64,000 nt of DNA from NCBI RefSeq assembly GCF_009914755.1, contig NC_060926.1. One strand, 5' to 3'. Below the pieces are notes generated by a model that did no database searches, was not told the origin of the DNA, and saw only the letters and a list, made by a program, of their open reading frames with translations. Shown here one piece after another: positions 11,274-25,906 of the stretch (the first letter of the stretch is position 1; each line of letters starts with the position of its first letter). Position numbers and translations under genes: made by a program. Source of the DNA: the human T2T-CHM13v2.0 reference genome, Homo sapiens.

Positions 11274-11791
11274 CTATTATAAGATTCTTACTTGATCATA
11301 AGCCCCATGTGGTCAGTTTTGTTGTCCACCTTTGCAGTGCTCCCCCAGTACCCCACTTTCCCCAGCACACAGGTGCAGGTGTGCACACATGGGCACACAC
11401 ACACGTGTCCTTGCCTGGCATAGTACCTGGTACAATACAGACCCTCAATAATTTTAATAAAGTAGATTATATAGTCATTTGACAAATATTATTAAAACGT
11501 GACTCTGGGAGAGCACTTTGGTAGACACCAGCGTTGTAACGTTAAGTAAGATGAAATGTTGCCTTCAAGGGGTTCATAATCTAGTGAGCGTGTTAAAGTT
11601 TTCTGTTTTGTAAGTTTCAGTGAAGTTTAATAGGCAAATGGCATGACGGGGTAAAAGGAAGAGATGGTTCAATCTACTCAGAGAGGTCAGATGCTGCTGT
11701 ACAGGTGAAGTGCTCAACCATATTGTGAAGCAGGAATTTTCTAGATAGCCTGGGGTGGGGGATGCCATCTAGTGTGGAAAGAGAAGCCTGA

Positions 11792-12300
<509 letters not shown>

Positions 12301-12362
12301 AGAGTAACAGAGGCGTGATCCCAAAGAGACCGTCAACTCATTTGCATAATTTCTTTTACCTC

Positions 12363-12774
12363 TGATATAGTTTCAATGCTCATCCTCTCCACATCTCATG
12401 TTGAAATATGACCCTCAGTGTTGGAGGTGGGGCCTTGAGGGAATTGTTTGGGTCACAGAGACAGATCCTTCCTGAAAGGATTGATGCCCTCCCCACAGTA
12501 GTGAGAGAGTTCTTACTCTGTTACCTGGAGATCTGGTTGTTAAAAATAATCTGCACCTCCCCACTCCCCCCCCACCCTTTGCTCCTTTTCTATGCCAGCT
12601 CCACTGCCCTTCTGCCATGAGTCAGAGCTTCCCAATGCCTCTTCAGAAGCCCAGCAGATGCTGGTTCCATGCTTTCTGTACACCCTGCAGAACCATGAGC
12701 CACAATAAATCTCTTCTTCATAAATTACCCAGTCTCAGGTATTCCTTTATTACAATCCAACATGGAATAATACA
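12363..12774 (+). mobile_element. MST (MSTB-like) MaLR solo LTR with 5-bp TSD
   Basis: TGATATAGTTT...AATACA termini. ACCTC lies on both sides (12358-12362, 12775-12779). Confidence 0.9.
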
Positions 12775-13501
12775 ACCTCATTTTGTATACCTGACATTGA
12801 ACCCAAATTTCCTATGTATGTATGGCTTATCTGCGATAGGATGTAAAAATCAGGAAATTGTGCTGAATGTACTTAAATTTCCAAGATGAGAACAGATGGT
12901 GATTTTAAATAGTTATGGGAAGAAATCGATGGAAAAGAAGACAATGGCAAGAAAAGTCGATGCTTTCTCTCTTAGCATAAATCTGGGTGGAGTCATCAGA
13001 GACTCCAAAAGTCTTCCTGTTGTTGCTGCTCTGTGTGGACCCAGTTTCTCTCTGCAATCGCTCCACAAGCTGTAGCCAAGGGCTCTGTGACACTCAGTGA
13101 CATCCACTCCAACTGGCAAAGAGAATGTGACAATCAGGCCTATTTTTAAGCAAAAGTTGAATTCATGTTAAGAGAGTAGGGAATGAGAGAATGAAAGAGA
13201 GGAGCTCCTCAGGGGGCTCTGCCCTGAAGAGCCCCATCAGAATGTCCCCGGAGCTCCTTCTGTTCTGGGACACTGACAAGGGCAAGGACGAAAGTGAAGG
13301 GCAGTCCTGACGCTGCTGGAGGACTCGGCGCTTTCTCTCCTGATGCTCTTCCACAGTCCAATGCTCTGCATGGGTTTTCTTTGAAAACAGGAAGGGCTCC
13401 AGAGCAGGCACAGCCTGTCAATCGTCTGACATTGTCTGGGGGCACTCAGCATCATGGCCACTTTCACACCTTTGGTGAGGACAGTCACTGCTCAGCAACT
13501 G

Positions 13502-13562
13502 GTGTGTGCACGCGCGTGTGTGTGTGTGCATGTGTGTGCGCATGTGCGTGTGCGTGTGTGTA
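13502..13562. repeat. Alternating (TG)/(CG) tract
   Basis: Read directly. Confidence 0.95.
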
Positions 13563-13595
13563 TGTACAGGTGAGGGGAGGCAGAAAAGACAAAGG

Positions 13596-13602
13596 TGAGT
13601 CA
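13596..13602. promoter_or_regulatory. AP-1 site in a candidate enhancer
   Basis: TGAGTCA in unique sequence with ETS motifs nearby. Motif evidence only. Confidence 0.3.
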
Positions 13603-15777
13603 CGCAGGGGAAATGTTTGAGTACAACCCTTGCCATTGGCAGCTTGAATTGACTGAGTTCTGAGTATTGATTAGGGTTTAGAGTGCAGTTTAAAACCTTA
13701 GTTTTCCTTTAGCTTAAAGAAATTCTCAAGGCTCACGGAGCAAAATAATAAACAATAACAGATACAATTTTCATTTATTTTTAGCTAGTTTGAGGAACAC
13801 ACCAGAAGAAAAAATGTAATCCTGTCATAGGTAACTTCACACCGAATGAGAAAGTTTTAAAAATTGTGAAAAATAGTCACAATAAGGAAACTGCGGGCCG
13901 ACTTGTAACGTCAGGGTCATTCAACAGCCTTCTTTCTGATTTCCTCAGTGAGACAGGTTTTCTCCTTGCCTGTGGCCTAGTGTGAGCTGGAGGGGATGTT
14001 CTAGCTGAGCCACTTTTTACAGGAAAATTAAAAGGACAGAGGAAGTGGTTGCAGCAAAGGGTCCCCTCTTCTAGGCATCGCGTTGTCTTGGCACAGAGCT
14101 CTAGTTTCTGGAGTTTTCTGAGACCCTATTCTGGGTTTGTGGATTTAGCCTGGGTAAAAACAGGCAAAGCTAGTAAAAACAGACAAAGCTAGCAAAACAG
14201 CATAGCCATTGCTCAACTGGGCAGGCTAAAGTCATACTCCTTGGTTGCCCCAGAGTTGCCTGTGCCCCCTGGCTCTGATGATGGCACTCTTCCGTGTTGG
14301 TGGGTGAGAAACATCGCCCTGGGCACACAGTAAAGGGCCTTCAGCGTAGTTCTGGAGGTGGTCATGTGCACAGGGACCTCAAAAAACATAAACGGTCACA
14401 CACGCTTTTCTCTTCTCTCTTCTGTGTGGCTCTAAGAGGTGCCTGCCCCCATGAGAAGGGGGCCTAGGGCTCTTGATTTTCCATGGACTTCTTCTGTGTT
14501 GTGTCTCAGACAGAAGGGGTCCTGCCCTCTTCCTTGCAGTCCACACATCTATCCTGCTCTCCTTGTTCCATGATCAGACATCAGCGCGTTCTTAATATTT
14601 CACATGCACGTGTGCAAGGGGATAGTAGTACAAAGTCATACCTTGACAACTGATCTCACTGTAGTGACAGAACCTGTGTGGTGGTGACAGTGGACAGAAA
14701 GACAGGTGTCCGGGCAGGGATCCCCAATACCCTGTGTTTCCTTTGAGGGATGTCCTGTGGGCCCTTGCTGTGTCTGCAGATCCCCTTCTTCCTGCCTCTC
14801 TCAGGTGAAGACAGCAGAAGATAAACCTTAGCTCACACCTACTAGGTGATGCGAAGCATAGTTACTTGACAAATGCTTGTTTTCAAATTTAGACTTTCAG
14901 CATTTTATCCTGCAGTAATGTTACTGGTATTCCAATAACTTTAAAATTCTTATGCTTTACTGAGATATGACCAATTCTTTTTCTGTCTCTACAATGACAT
15001 TATTTATGTTAACTAGTGCTTTTTTCCCAGTTGCACTTGTCTGTTTTTCCTAGCACTCCACTGATAAATAAGTTCTATTTCAAATTACTAAATGTCAGAA
15101 TGCCTTGATAATCCTAGACTCAGACACATACTATCCAATGGTTATATATGACATATGGGTTTCCTTGAATATGGTTGTCTTTTTGGGAGGACCTGATTTT
15201 AATGGCAGTGCTGCATGTGCTTCTGAAGCGTGCTCCAACAAGATTCTGCTTTATTTTTAAAATCTATCCTTTCGATTGAAATTTCAGGTGAACTGGCAGA
15301 AATCCTTTGCCTTGCAGAGAGAAGGGATAGGATGGATTAGGAGGTTGCTGGCTATACTTTTGTGAGTGGTCAGAATCTGAAAGGCTAAAATTAGGAGTGT
15401 TAGTAACTGATCCAAGACATTCCAGCAGGCAAATAGTTAACTACTACTTATTAAATATCTTCCATGATACATGCTGTGCATGCGCGAGCCCATGGGACAT
15501 GCTCTAATTGATCCTAACCCATGAGTTAGCCTTATTCTACTTATATGGGTGAGGAAATCCAAGTGTAGAGAGACTACAGGACCTGTCCAAAGTCTCACAG
15601 CTAGGACGCTGTACCTGACTGCAGATTTGTTACCATACACTGACTCCTAAGAGAAAAACACTTGGGTAAGCTTGAGGCAGAATGTTTTTAACTATAGTCA
15701 GAACTATACTACAGAATTCAGGGTGCCAATCTGAGTTAGAACAAATGATAACAGCCTTTAAAGAGCCAGACTAGAGA

Positions 15778-16076
15778 TGGGCACAGTGGCTCATGCTTGT
15801 AGTCCCAGCACTTTGGGAGACTGAGGCAGGAGGATTGCTTGAGCCAGGAGTTCAAAACCAGCCTAGGAAACAGGACCCCAGATGTGGCAGTAAGACCCCA
15901 TCTCTACAAAAAATTTAAAAAATTAGCCAGGTATGGTGTCATGAGACTGTAGTCCAGCTACTCAGGAGGCTGAGGTTAGAGGATCACGTGAGCCCAGGAA
16001 GTCAAGGCTGCAGTGAGCCATGACTGCACTACTGCACCCCAGCCTGGGTGATGGAGCAAGATCCTGTCTCAAAAAA
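15778..16076 (+). mobile_element. AluJ
   Basis: Alu dimer with agccagacta repeated on both flanks. Confidence 0.95.
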
Positions 16077-16237
16077 GCCAGACTAACCTGCTCTTTAATG
16101 AAAATCAAATATTTCTGATACAGTCTGGTAGGATTGCATCAATATATTTGCTTTTCCTTGAGAGAGTATCTGATTATTTTTCTTTGAATGACAGTTATAA
16201 ATGTAAGAAGAGAAAGTCTTGTGAAATTTTTGTACAC

Positions 16238-16315
16238 TGTGTGTATGTGTGTGTGTATGTGTGTGTGTATTAGAGAAATCCAAACTTGGACACACACACA
16301 CACACACACACATCC

Positions 16316-16357
<42 letters not shown>

Positions 16358-16425
16358 GTATCTATCTATCTATCTATTATATATACATACATATATATGT
16401 AGAGAGAGAGAGAGACAGAGAGAGA
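16238..16425. repeat. Compound microsatellite (TG)n-(CA)n-(TCTA)n-(TA)n-(GA)n
   Basis: Read directly. Confidence 0.95.
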
Positions 16426-18387
16426 TTATCTTGGGGAAAACTAGGACATAAGGGTCGGGGTAAATTACCTATTTTTGATTTAAAATATTTATTTTTTACC
16501 TATTGTTTACATCCTTATACAGTTTGAATTTTTTTCCCCATGCATAACTTTCATTCTGTAAGAAACACTTGGGTGTACATGCATCTTCCTCGTATAACTG
16601 TGGAAAAAAGGTAAGTCCCCTGCCTAGCCCTGAGTGGTCCCTGAAGGAACTCTCTGTTCTTTGATCTCATTTGTTCTTACGGTTTATCCAGAAACTAGGC
16701 AGTGGCAAACAGGGAGTGGGTTCTTTTCTCTGTGATTAGGGACTGCTCTTTACAGGACAGAACTGGGTGTCCTGGAACTTAGTGGGGACCTGCCTTATGC
16801 CATCACCCAGCCAGTTAGCAGAGGCAAGTTCACAGTGGCTCCCCTCAAGAAAGCAGAGGTACACGCTTAAAAAGCATCACTGACACAGTTTATTCAAATA
16901 AAGGCAGCACTGTTTTTGTATTTCACAGCACAACACAAACAACGTTCAATATTGCCGATTCCCAGCTCCTAAACCCCTCTGCTCCTAAAGTCTCTGCTAA
17001 AATCTTCCATGTGATATTCTGTAGGCTTAAAATGATGTCTTCCTTTAATCTATTTCTTCTGAACGTTCTCACCAGGTGTATTCATTTTCTTTTCAGCTCC
17101 CTTTGAGAGGAATGACCATAGGGGCCCAGGAAGCTCGGTGCAGGTGTGGGCTCCTCTCTAAGAGGGTGTTTGCCATTTCTTTCTCTGAATCTCAGTTTTC
17201 TCCTCTGCAATAGGAGAGATATGACCACAGCACTCTCTAAGATCCCTCCTTGGCTTGCAGAGTTGACATCTGTGTTGCAGTTCAGGAAGGAAATTCTAAG
17301 GTCAGGCCCCTCACTGTACCATCTCCCAGATCAAGGGGAGTTTCACATGACTCAAGGAAAAGAGGCCACCGCAGATTCATCAAGACATAATGCCCCCAAT
17401 TTTTCCATTTAGGATGAACTCAAATGCATACGTAATCCAGAATTGTTATGGAGACATCTCATTATCATTGTTGTTATTGATTTTTTTAAGTGTGTTCATC
17501 ACTCTGCTTCTAAATCCATTACAAAGAACGAATACATATTTAAATATTTATTATTATCCAAGATTGTGGCCACACACTTCCTTATCCTCCCACTTGCATC
17601 TGCTCTGTGATTGACTGAACAGATGGGTGTTGCACCCTGTTCTTAAAGCCAAAATACAAGGGCTCTGTGTTTTATACTAAAAGAAACTGTGTAGCAAAGG
17701 CAGATAAAGTATATAGTTACGTCATTCCTCTTCTTAGGCCTTTCCTTAGGAGTTGAGCAAGAATTCTGTAGTGTTTTTGACATTTAAAACTATAGTATGT
17801 CAAAGAATACAGCCAAGAGAATAATGACTATTGAATTATTTAGGTCTTCCCCTGGGTTTCTTTGCTTCATTTAGCAAAACTATCCACCCAGTCTTCCAAA
17901 CTAGAAATCTTGTGGTTGTCTCTTTTCTCACCCACCTTGCTAACTTAGTTGGCTATCAACTTCTAAGCATTCTAAATCTGCAATTTTGCTTGAACCTATC
18001 CCCCTCTCACCATCCCCACTGCTTCTGTTGTCATCCAGTTCGTTAGCTTGGCTCTTCAGCATCTCTTCCTAATGTCTAACTGTCTATAAAGCAGATAGAG
18101 GTACGTAGATGTGTTCTAGGAGCACAGAGGGAGAGAAAGAGCATGTAAGTGCAAGGAGATCTTCAAGAAGACAAAGTAGTTTGAGGGCACAGTCTGTATA
18201 CATAGGTAAGGGGCAGAGAGAAGCCAACTTCTTATATCCTGCTAGAGAGTTTGGACTTAATCCAACAGGCTAAAGCAAGCCAATAGGGGTTTACTGAAAC
18301 TACAAGAATCAGAAGATTGCTTCTGTTGTAGAAAGATGGTTCTACTGAGAAAACACAGAAATAACTGAAGGGAAAAATTAATTGTTA

Positions 18388-18988
<601 letters not shown>

Positions 18989-19041
18989 TTAATTACTCGT
19001 GGAATTATCCAGGGAAAGATGTTTAGTGAGCAGTAGATAGT

Positions 19042-19427
19042 TGCTATGGTTTTGAATGTCCCCTCCAAGACTCTTATTGAAACTTAACTTCTATTGTGAT
19101 GGCATGAAGAGTTGAGACCATTAAGAGGTGACTTGGCCATGAGAGCTCCTCCCTCATGAATGGGCTGATGCTGTTATCATGGAAATAGGTTGATTAGCAC
19201 CAGAGTGAGTTGTTATAAAAGGGAATTCGGACCTCTCTGTCTCATACTCATTCTTTCTTGGCCTTCCACCATCTGCCATGGGAAACACAGCATGAAGGCC
19301 CTCATCAGATGCCAGAGCCATACTCTTGAACTTCCCAGCCTTCAGAACCATATGCCAAATACATTTCTATTTATTATAAATTACTCAGTCTGAGACATTC
19401 TGTTGTAGCAACATAAAAAACTAAGAA
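19042..19427 (+). mobile_element. MST (MSTD-like) solo LTR
   Basis: tgctatggttttgaatgtcccctcc...ttataaattactcagtc...gtagcaaca...actaaga. Confidence 0.85.
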
Positions 19428-19469
19428 AATAATTATTATAAGTTTTATTGATTAAGAAGTAGTAATCTT

Positions 19470-19700
19470 ATCTACTAAAATTAAAAATGTGCATGTATAT
19501 TACTTGGAAATCCACTTCTAGGCATGCTACCCTAGAGAAATATTCTCACATGTGCAATTAAGGAAATGTAAGTTGATTTTATTGAAGCATTATTGTAGTA
19601 CAGAAAGTTGTAAACATTCTGACTGTTCCTGAATAGAGGAATGATTAAATAAAATGTAGTCTATTACTATGATAAAATGATGTATATGGTAAAAAGGAAT
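19470..19700 (+). mobile_element. Old L1M fragment
   Basis: aatccacttctagg...ccctagagaaatattctcacatgtgc...gaagcattattgtagtac. Confidence 0.6.
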
Positions 19701-19704
19701 ACAA

Positions 19705-19910
19705 TGTTTTGCTGGTAATTTTTTAATGATTAGCCTCCTAGAAAAGCAAACATAACCCTGATTTGTAGCCTTCCCTAATTTCAGAGGTATAAATATTCCC
19801 ACCCTGGCCAATTTCAACCTACCTAAGTGACAACACTGATTTTGCGGTTGCAAAGAGATGCACACAAAAGGCTTTTACCAGCCAGTGCAAACAAACTTCA
19901 GCACGGTGCT
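19705..19910. mobile_element. MER63-like hAT DNA transposon
   Basis: aatattcccaccctggccaatttcaacctacc...aagagatgcacac...cttcagcac. Confidence 0.6.
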
Positions 19911-20031
19911 AAGAATGAATTATTTTTCATATCAGTGCAGATAGCTCTCAAAATATTGATGTTGAATAATAAATACAAATACTATGTGTTCTCAAAGGCC
20001 TTTGTAATAAAAGTATTCCCAATTAAAAATA

Positions 20032-20350
20032 AGTCCAAGTGTGGTGGCTCCCATCTGTAATCCCAGCACTTTGGGAGGCCAAGGTGGAAGGATTTCTTGA
20101 GTCCTGGAGTTCAAGACCAGCCTGGGCAACACAGTTACGCCCCATCTCTACAAACAAAAACAAAAACAAAAACAAAAACAAAGCAAAACAAAAATTAGCC
20201 AGATTTGGTGGAATGTGCCTGGGGTCCCAGTTACTCAGGAGGCTGAGGTAGGAGGATCACTTGAGCCCAGGAGGTCAAGACTTGCAGTGAGCAATGATTG
20301 AGCCACTGCACTCTAGCCTGGGTGACAGAGTGAGACCCTATCTCAAAATA
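20032..20350 (+). mobile_element. AluJ with (AAAAAC)n expanded linker
   Basis: Alu dimer. The linker at 20151-20193 is a hexamer repeat. Confidence 0.95.
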
Positions 20351-20956
20351 CTACTACCACTACTACTAATAAAACCCTCTGGAAAGAGAAACACCAGACT
20401 TCAACACAAAAGTTTCCTCTGAGGATGCAGGAGGAAGGGAAGTGAAGAGCACAAGTACTATTGGATATTGTAGTCTTTGATGTAGAAAGCTTTTTTAAGG
20501 AATGTTTTGGCACTAAAGGAAGGTACAGTTATTTTAAGGAAGATAAGAATTACTTTATTAAAATTATTTCTAAAGCAAAACAAATACACATACAATGGCA
20601 CACCAAAAATATAGGCAATTTTTTTTTGTTATTTTATTTTTAAAATTCTGGAAAGGAAGCCACCCCTTGTGTGGTCTGCAGTGTTGGGGAGCAGTGAGGA
20701 GTGAATGGGATTCATGGATGAAGGTTAAGAGTAGATAAAAGGGCCTAGTTTCAGTTGTTCAAATTTGATCCTTTTTACACTAAAGCATTTGCATCCTGAA
20801 CCTCAAAGTCTGGCTATGTAGTTTTCTCCAAAGTTTTCTTGCTTTTTTTCTGCCATCTAACCAGAGAGTGTTTCTTGTTTACCTAGCTATCCCACAGGGG
20901 AATAAAAAAATGAGTGAAGGTGATTTTAAAATTAAAATATACTTTTAAAACAATGA

Positions 20957-21322
20957 TGTTATGGACTAAATGATTGTATTACCCCAAATTCATATGTGGA
21001 AGACCTAACCCCCAATGTGATGGTATTTGGAAGAAGAGCCTTTGGAAAGTAATTAGGTTTAGATGAGGTTGTGAGGGTGGGGATCCAGTGATGAGATTAC
21101 TGTTCTTGTAAGAAGAGACCAGAGAGCTTTTCCTCTCTCTCCCTGTCTCTCTTTCTCCACTATGTGAGGATATAGCAGGAAAATGGCAGTCTGCAAGCCA
21201 GAAAAAGAGTTTTCACTGGGGAATCACGTCTCCAACCTCTAGAACTGTGAGATACAAATGTCGATTGTTGAAGCTACCCAATCTATGTTATTTTGTTACA
21301 GCAGCCTGAACAGACTAAGATA
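20957..21322 (+). mobile_element. MLT1A-type solo LTR
   Basis: tgttatggactaaatg...ccccaaattcatatgt...ttttgttacagcagcctgaacagactaaga. Confidence 0.85.
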
Positions 21323-24300
21323 AATAGCTAATGTTAAAGAAAGAAATTTGAGAAATGTCAAATGCTAAACCCTGAAGACCTAAAATTGGGTGCAATCTAA
21401 CCTTGACAATGTCTTCAGAAAGGCCCATTATATAGAACAGGAAATGCTGTGTTTTATTTTATTCTATGGGAGTACCTAGAGTTTTGCAATTCAGTTCTCC
21501 TAATTGTTTCACTAAGGGAGAGAAGGAAGAGATCATGGAACAGTATCATTGAGATCTAGGAAACTGGATTATAGCAATTAGAGGAAGTTATCCTGTGGAT
21601 TGGCAAATCTGAACATTTCCTTAGGAGACAACTGGGCCATCTGCTTCATGGGCGAGCATAAAGAATCAGATTGGGAGAGTGAGTTCCTTAGGTAACCCCA
21701 CAGTGTGGTAGCAGAAATAGGGCTAGCCTTCTCCTTACACTGGCCAAGTATGGTAGAAGGGCTAGAAGGAAGGAAATTGGATTAAAAAAGAAAAGAGGCA
21801 TAAGGAGATATTTAAAAACATATCTACCTTATATAATGGGCTGAAAGTTATTTATAGTCAGGTTCCCATGCCCTTGTCACTTCCAGCTATCCTGTGTGAG
21901 TCCTCCTTTTCTACTTAGAAATCCCCATGATATTAGGTGATCCTTGTCCTGAAAAAGCTACATCTGCCTCCATAGTGCCCTCTATTTGGAATCCTGCCCC
22001 AAGTAGAAACTCCAGATCTCTGTGTCCACAAGCAGCCATTCATCACAGCTGATGAAAATCCATTCTGTTGTGCTTTCCATCCTTCCACATTCTTCAAGAC
22101 TGGACAGATGGAGGCCCAGCACCTAAAGTTTTGCTGACTGTGATGCATGAACTAAGCAGAGAAAGGGACTAAGAACTTAGGAAAGAACCAAGGGCAACTG
22201 CCTTTTCATAGATAAACAGAGTAACTCTTTTGACTCATTACCATTTAGCATGGTGGAATTCAATGTAATAAATAATTACTGGACATCTATTACATAGTAA
22301 ATAGAACATGGTGTCTACTATGAAGAGTGGTGAACACATGCAATTTTTATAACGTAGCTAGGATGAAATAAAGGCTTCATCAGAGGTTCATCAAAAGGAC
22401 TTCAGAAATAAAAGGAACTAAATAATTGTAACTTTGGGAACTGGAGAAGGTTGTTTGGTAGAAACGGCGTTGAGCAAAACCAGCAAGACAGGCAGGAATT
22501 CATCAGGTGGAGTAGAGCAAGAGGAGATTAGGAATTCTATGCAATGGCTGCTTGTAGGTGAAGCATTCACCTTGAGCTAACTCTTGAACACTGAATTGAC
22601 ACACAGAAAAAGACCACTCAATCCTATCAACTTAGTGGAAAAGAACAGTTGAACCAACAGTTTGGCAAAAAAAGACAAAAGAACCAGCTGATTTACCAAA
22701 TTTTGTGCTATCTTTCAAGTTATTGCCTCGTGTTATACACATTCGGGCATAATCTACCTCAAAAGGTCTATTGTTCTGAGGAGCGGCAGATTTCCCTTTG
22801 CAAAAATAAAACAAAACAGGTTTCTGTTTGTTTGTGTGGGCAGCTTGGGATATTACAAAAAAGCAATACAATAGAGAGAAATTGCCATTCAGAGATGTGA
22901 TATGGCTCATTTTTAACTGTTTTCAGTGAAGTGGATGGAAAAGTGTCGGGATTGTCTTTGCCAGCAGGGAGCACGTTACAGGGTCACTAACATCACTGTT
23001 TACCTGAGCAGATGCTGAAAGCACCGCATCTTCAGGACTCTTAATCTTTTCCAACCGAGCAAAATGTTCAGCATGAACTTTTAAATATAGTGACACCTTG
23101 TGTGTCCAATCTGCTGAAATTTGCAGCAGGAAACCAGTAATGGGGAAAGCTGTGAAGGTTTGCAGTGATTAAATGCTGCCAAGAGTCCGCATTTTCTTCA
23201 GGAAAGTAAAGATGGTTGACTTGGCAATTGACAAGCAGACATGATGGGGTATATTTTGCAATGCATAATTATATCTGGATTATTTGGAAGGAGAAACCAA
23301 AGTTAAGGCTTGAAACTGTGATGTTTCCAGTGGCAAACTGAATTTTTGAAAAATCTTTTTTTTAAACTAATGATATTAATCAACAGATATGTAATCATCA
23401 CACTGTGATACAAACTCTATTTTAGAATTCTTTACAAATAGTATAATGAACAGAATTCCTGTTATAATTTATTTATATGATATTATAGAATTCCTATTAT
23501 AGTTTATTTCTGTTATTCCCAGAATCTTTAATAAATCATAAATTTACACGTATATATACATACACACACATACACATATATGTAAAACTGAAGTATATAT
23601 TTTTTCCTTGCTCCACCGGGGAGGCTGATGTAACAATGAGTGATTATACTGCTCATTTGCTGGTAATATTTCTAGGGAATATTAAGGGAAGGCTAGTTTG
23701 TTTCAACTGGAATATTTAAAGCATCTATCATGAGAATAATGATACAGAAAGGAATATTATCCCTTTCTTCAGTATTTTCACAGTGTAGGGAGATGAGAAA
23801 GAATTGATAAGGCCTATTGAATGAAGTTTGGTAGCTGCAATGATCAAATTATATCCAGAACTACGGGAACATGGAGAAGGGACAGCTGATCAGACTGGGA
23901 TTCCGTAAGGGATTTCTGTGAGATGTGTTGTCCATATTTAGTCTTCTTCTTCCCGATTTAAGCTCTTTATATCCCTAGAGCCTGGTAATATTTTAAATAA
24001 ATGAACAATTGTTGAATGGGTAAATATATATGAAACTCTTTGGTGACTCATCCTGCTTTATAAAAATGTCAATTGTTTCTATAATGGGTAGTGGCAATAT
24101 TTGTGGCTTTGCCGATCTCTTGCTGTGCAATCACTTAAAAGTGACTTTTTAAATGATTAAAAGTCATTTAATCTCTCTGTGCTTCAGTTTCCTTAAATGA
24201 CAAATGAAATGTTAATGTAGATAACTTGAAAAGGACTTTCATATATGTAAAATGTGGAACGTCTCATTTTAAGAAGTAAATATGTAGTCAAGTTCCACAT

Positions 24301-24571
24301 AAATAAAACATAATTGTGTTTTGAAAATCACACAGAGTGAGGTTTCAATAAATTACATGAAGAATTATGTCTGCAAATACAAGACTACAGTAGCAACATG
24401 ATTAATCTGCCACTCCCTAAAACAAATTTCCCATTTTCTTACAAGTATGCCTATTTCATCTGTGTTTGTATTGAAAGACAGAACCTCAGCTACACCAAAT
24501 AAAGACAAAATGTTTTCAGTTATTCAAAATGACTCTTCAGCAAGATGATATTGATGCATTCATTTTATTAA

Positions 24572-24878
<307 letters not shown>

Positions 24879-25906
24879 AGCTTCTCGGAATCTTTAGATG
24901 GAAGATGCCATGCAAATACAATTACAGATTTGATATTGAGCAATAAATTAAGAGCTACCTGACAAAGTAACCCAGAAAACATTCATGTGACCCTCCTGTG
25001 ATGTTTGCCTGGAAAGCCCAAACTTTGCTGGGTCTCAGAACATCCGGGCCTGGAGCCCCTCCACCCACACACTCCCTATCCTGCCTGCTTCAGCCCAGGG
25101 GGGTGCCTGCAATGCTCCTGAAATCCTCCTCATGTGGAGGACCCTGGATTTTTTCCCACCTGCAGCTCACCCATGAGAGATTGCAAAGAGGTGCATGCCT
25201 CTGTTCATAGCTGTTTTCGCCTTGCCTGTTCACTTGGAATTAATGACAATGAGAAATGAATGCTCTCCTTGGAACTCTCAGTGGCACCTCTTCCCAGCAG
25301 AGTGTCCTGAGCAAGCTCCTGAGCCACTCTGGTCTTTAGTCATCTTCTGCAGACTGAGATAGAATCTCCCTGCCAGTTTGTTACGTAGATAACATGAGAA
25401 CATGTATGTTAAAATGCTACAGAATGCTTTAGACTGGTGAGGTGTTACTGACAACACTAAGGAGATCAGGGGAAGGGAAGCACTGTTGGAGTTTCTCGGA
25501 TGTGTCTGTTCCTGTGTTGGGGTTGTACATGGGGAATGGACATTGTTATCCTCACCGTGTGCTTGAGAAAAGGCTCAGAGAAGTTACATAACTTCTCCAA
25601 GTGTATCATCAGGATGTGGTGGAGATAGTACTTGTATCTTGTCTTTCTTACACCACCCCACTGATTTTTCCAACAGTAGTGATGCTTATCTTCAATCCAA
25701 TCCATGAGGGTTGTAAATGTTAGATTTTCCTTAAGCTCACCCCCACCATCTTTAAAAAACAGTGTTATTATTTCAACTTATTCATGATTTCTCTTTGAAT
25801 ATAATTGATTTTTTTAGTGTTGACAGTACCTTAGAAATCACAAAATCATCTAACACCGTTAGTTTGTAACAAATTAACCTGAACTTTTTGTTGTTGGTGT
25901 TGTTTT

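Noticed and set aside
13163-13636. Overlapping short ORFs on both strands
   Set aside because: Mostly alternative starts with no recognisable protein. Better explained as GC-rich regulatory DNA plus a TG tract.
14790-17150. Isolated plus-strand splice-like signals (ctctcag|g ~14803, aag|gtaagt ~16611, ttttcag|ct ~17096)
   Set aside because: They cannot be chained into a coherent reading frame, and such motifs occur often by chance.
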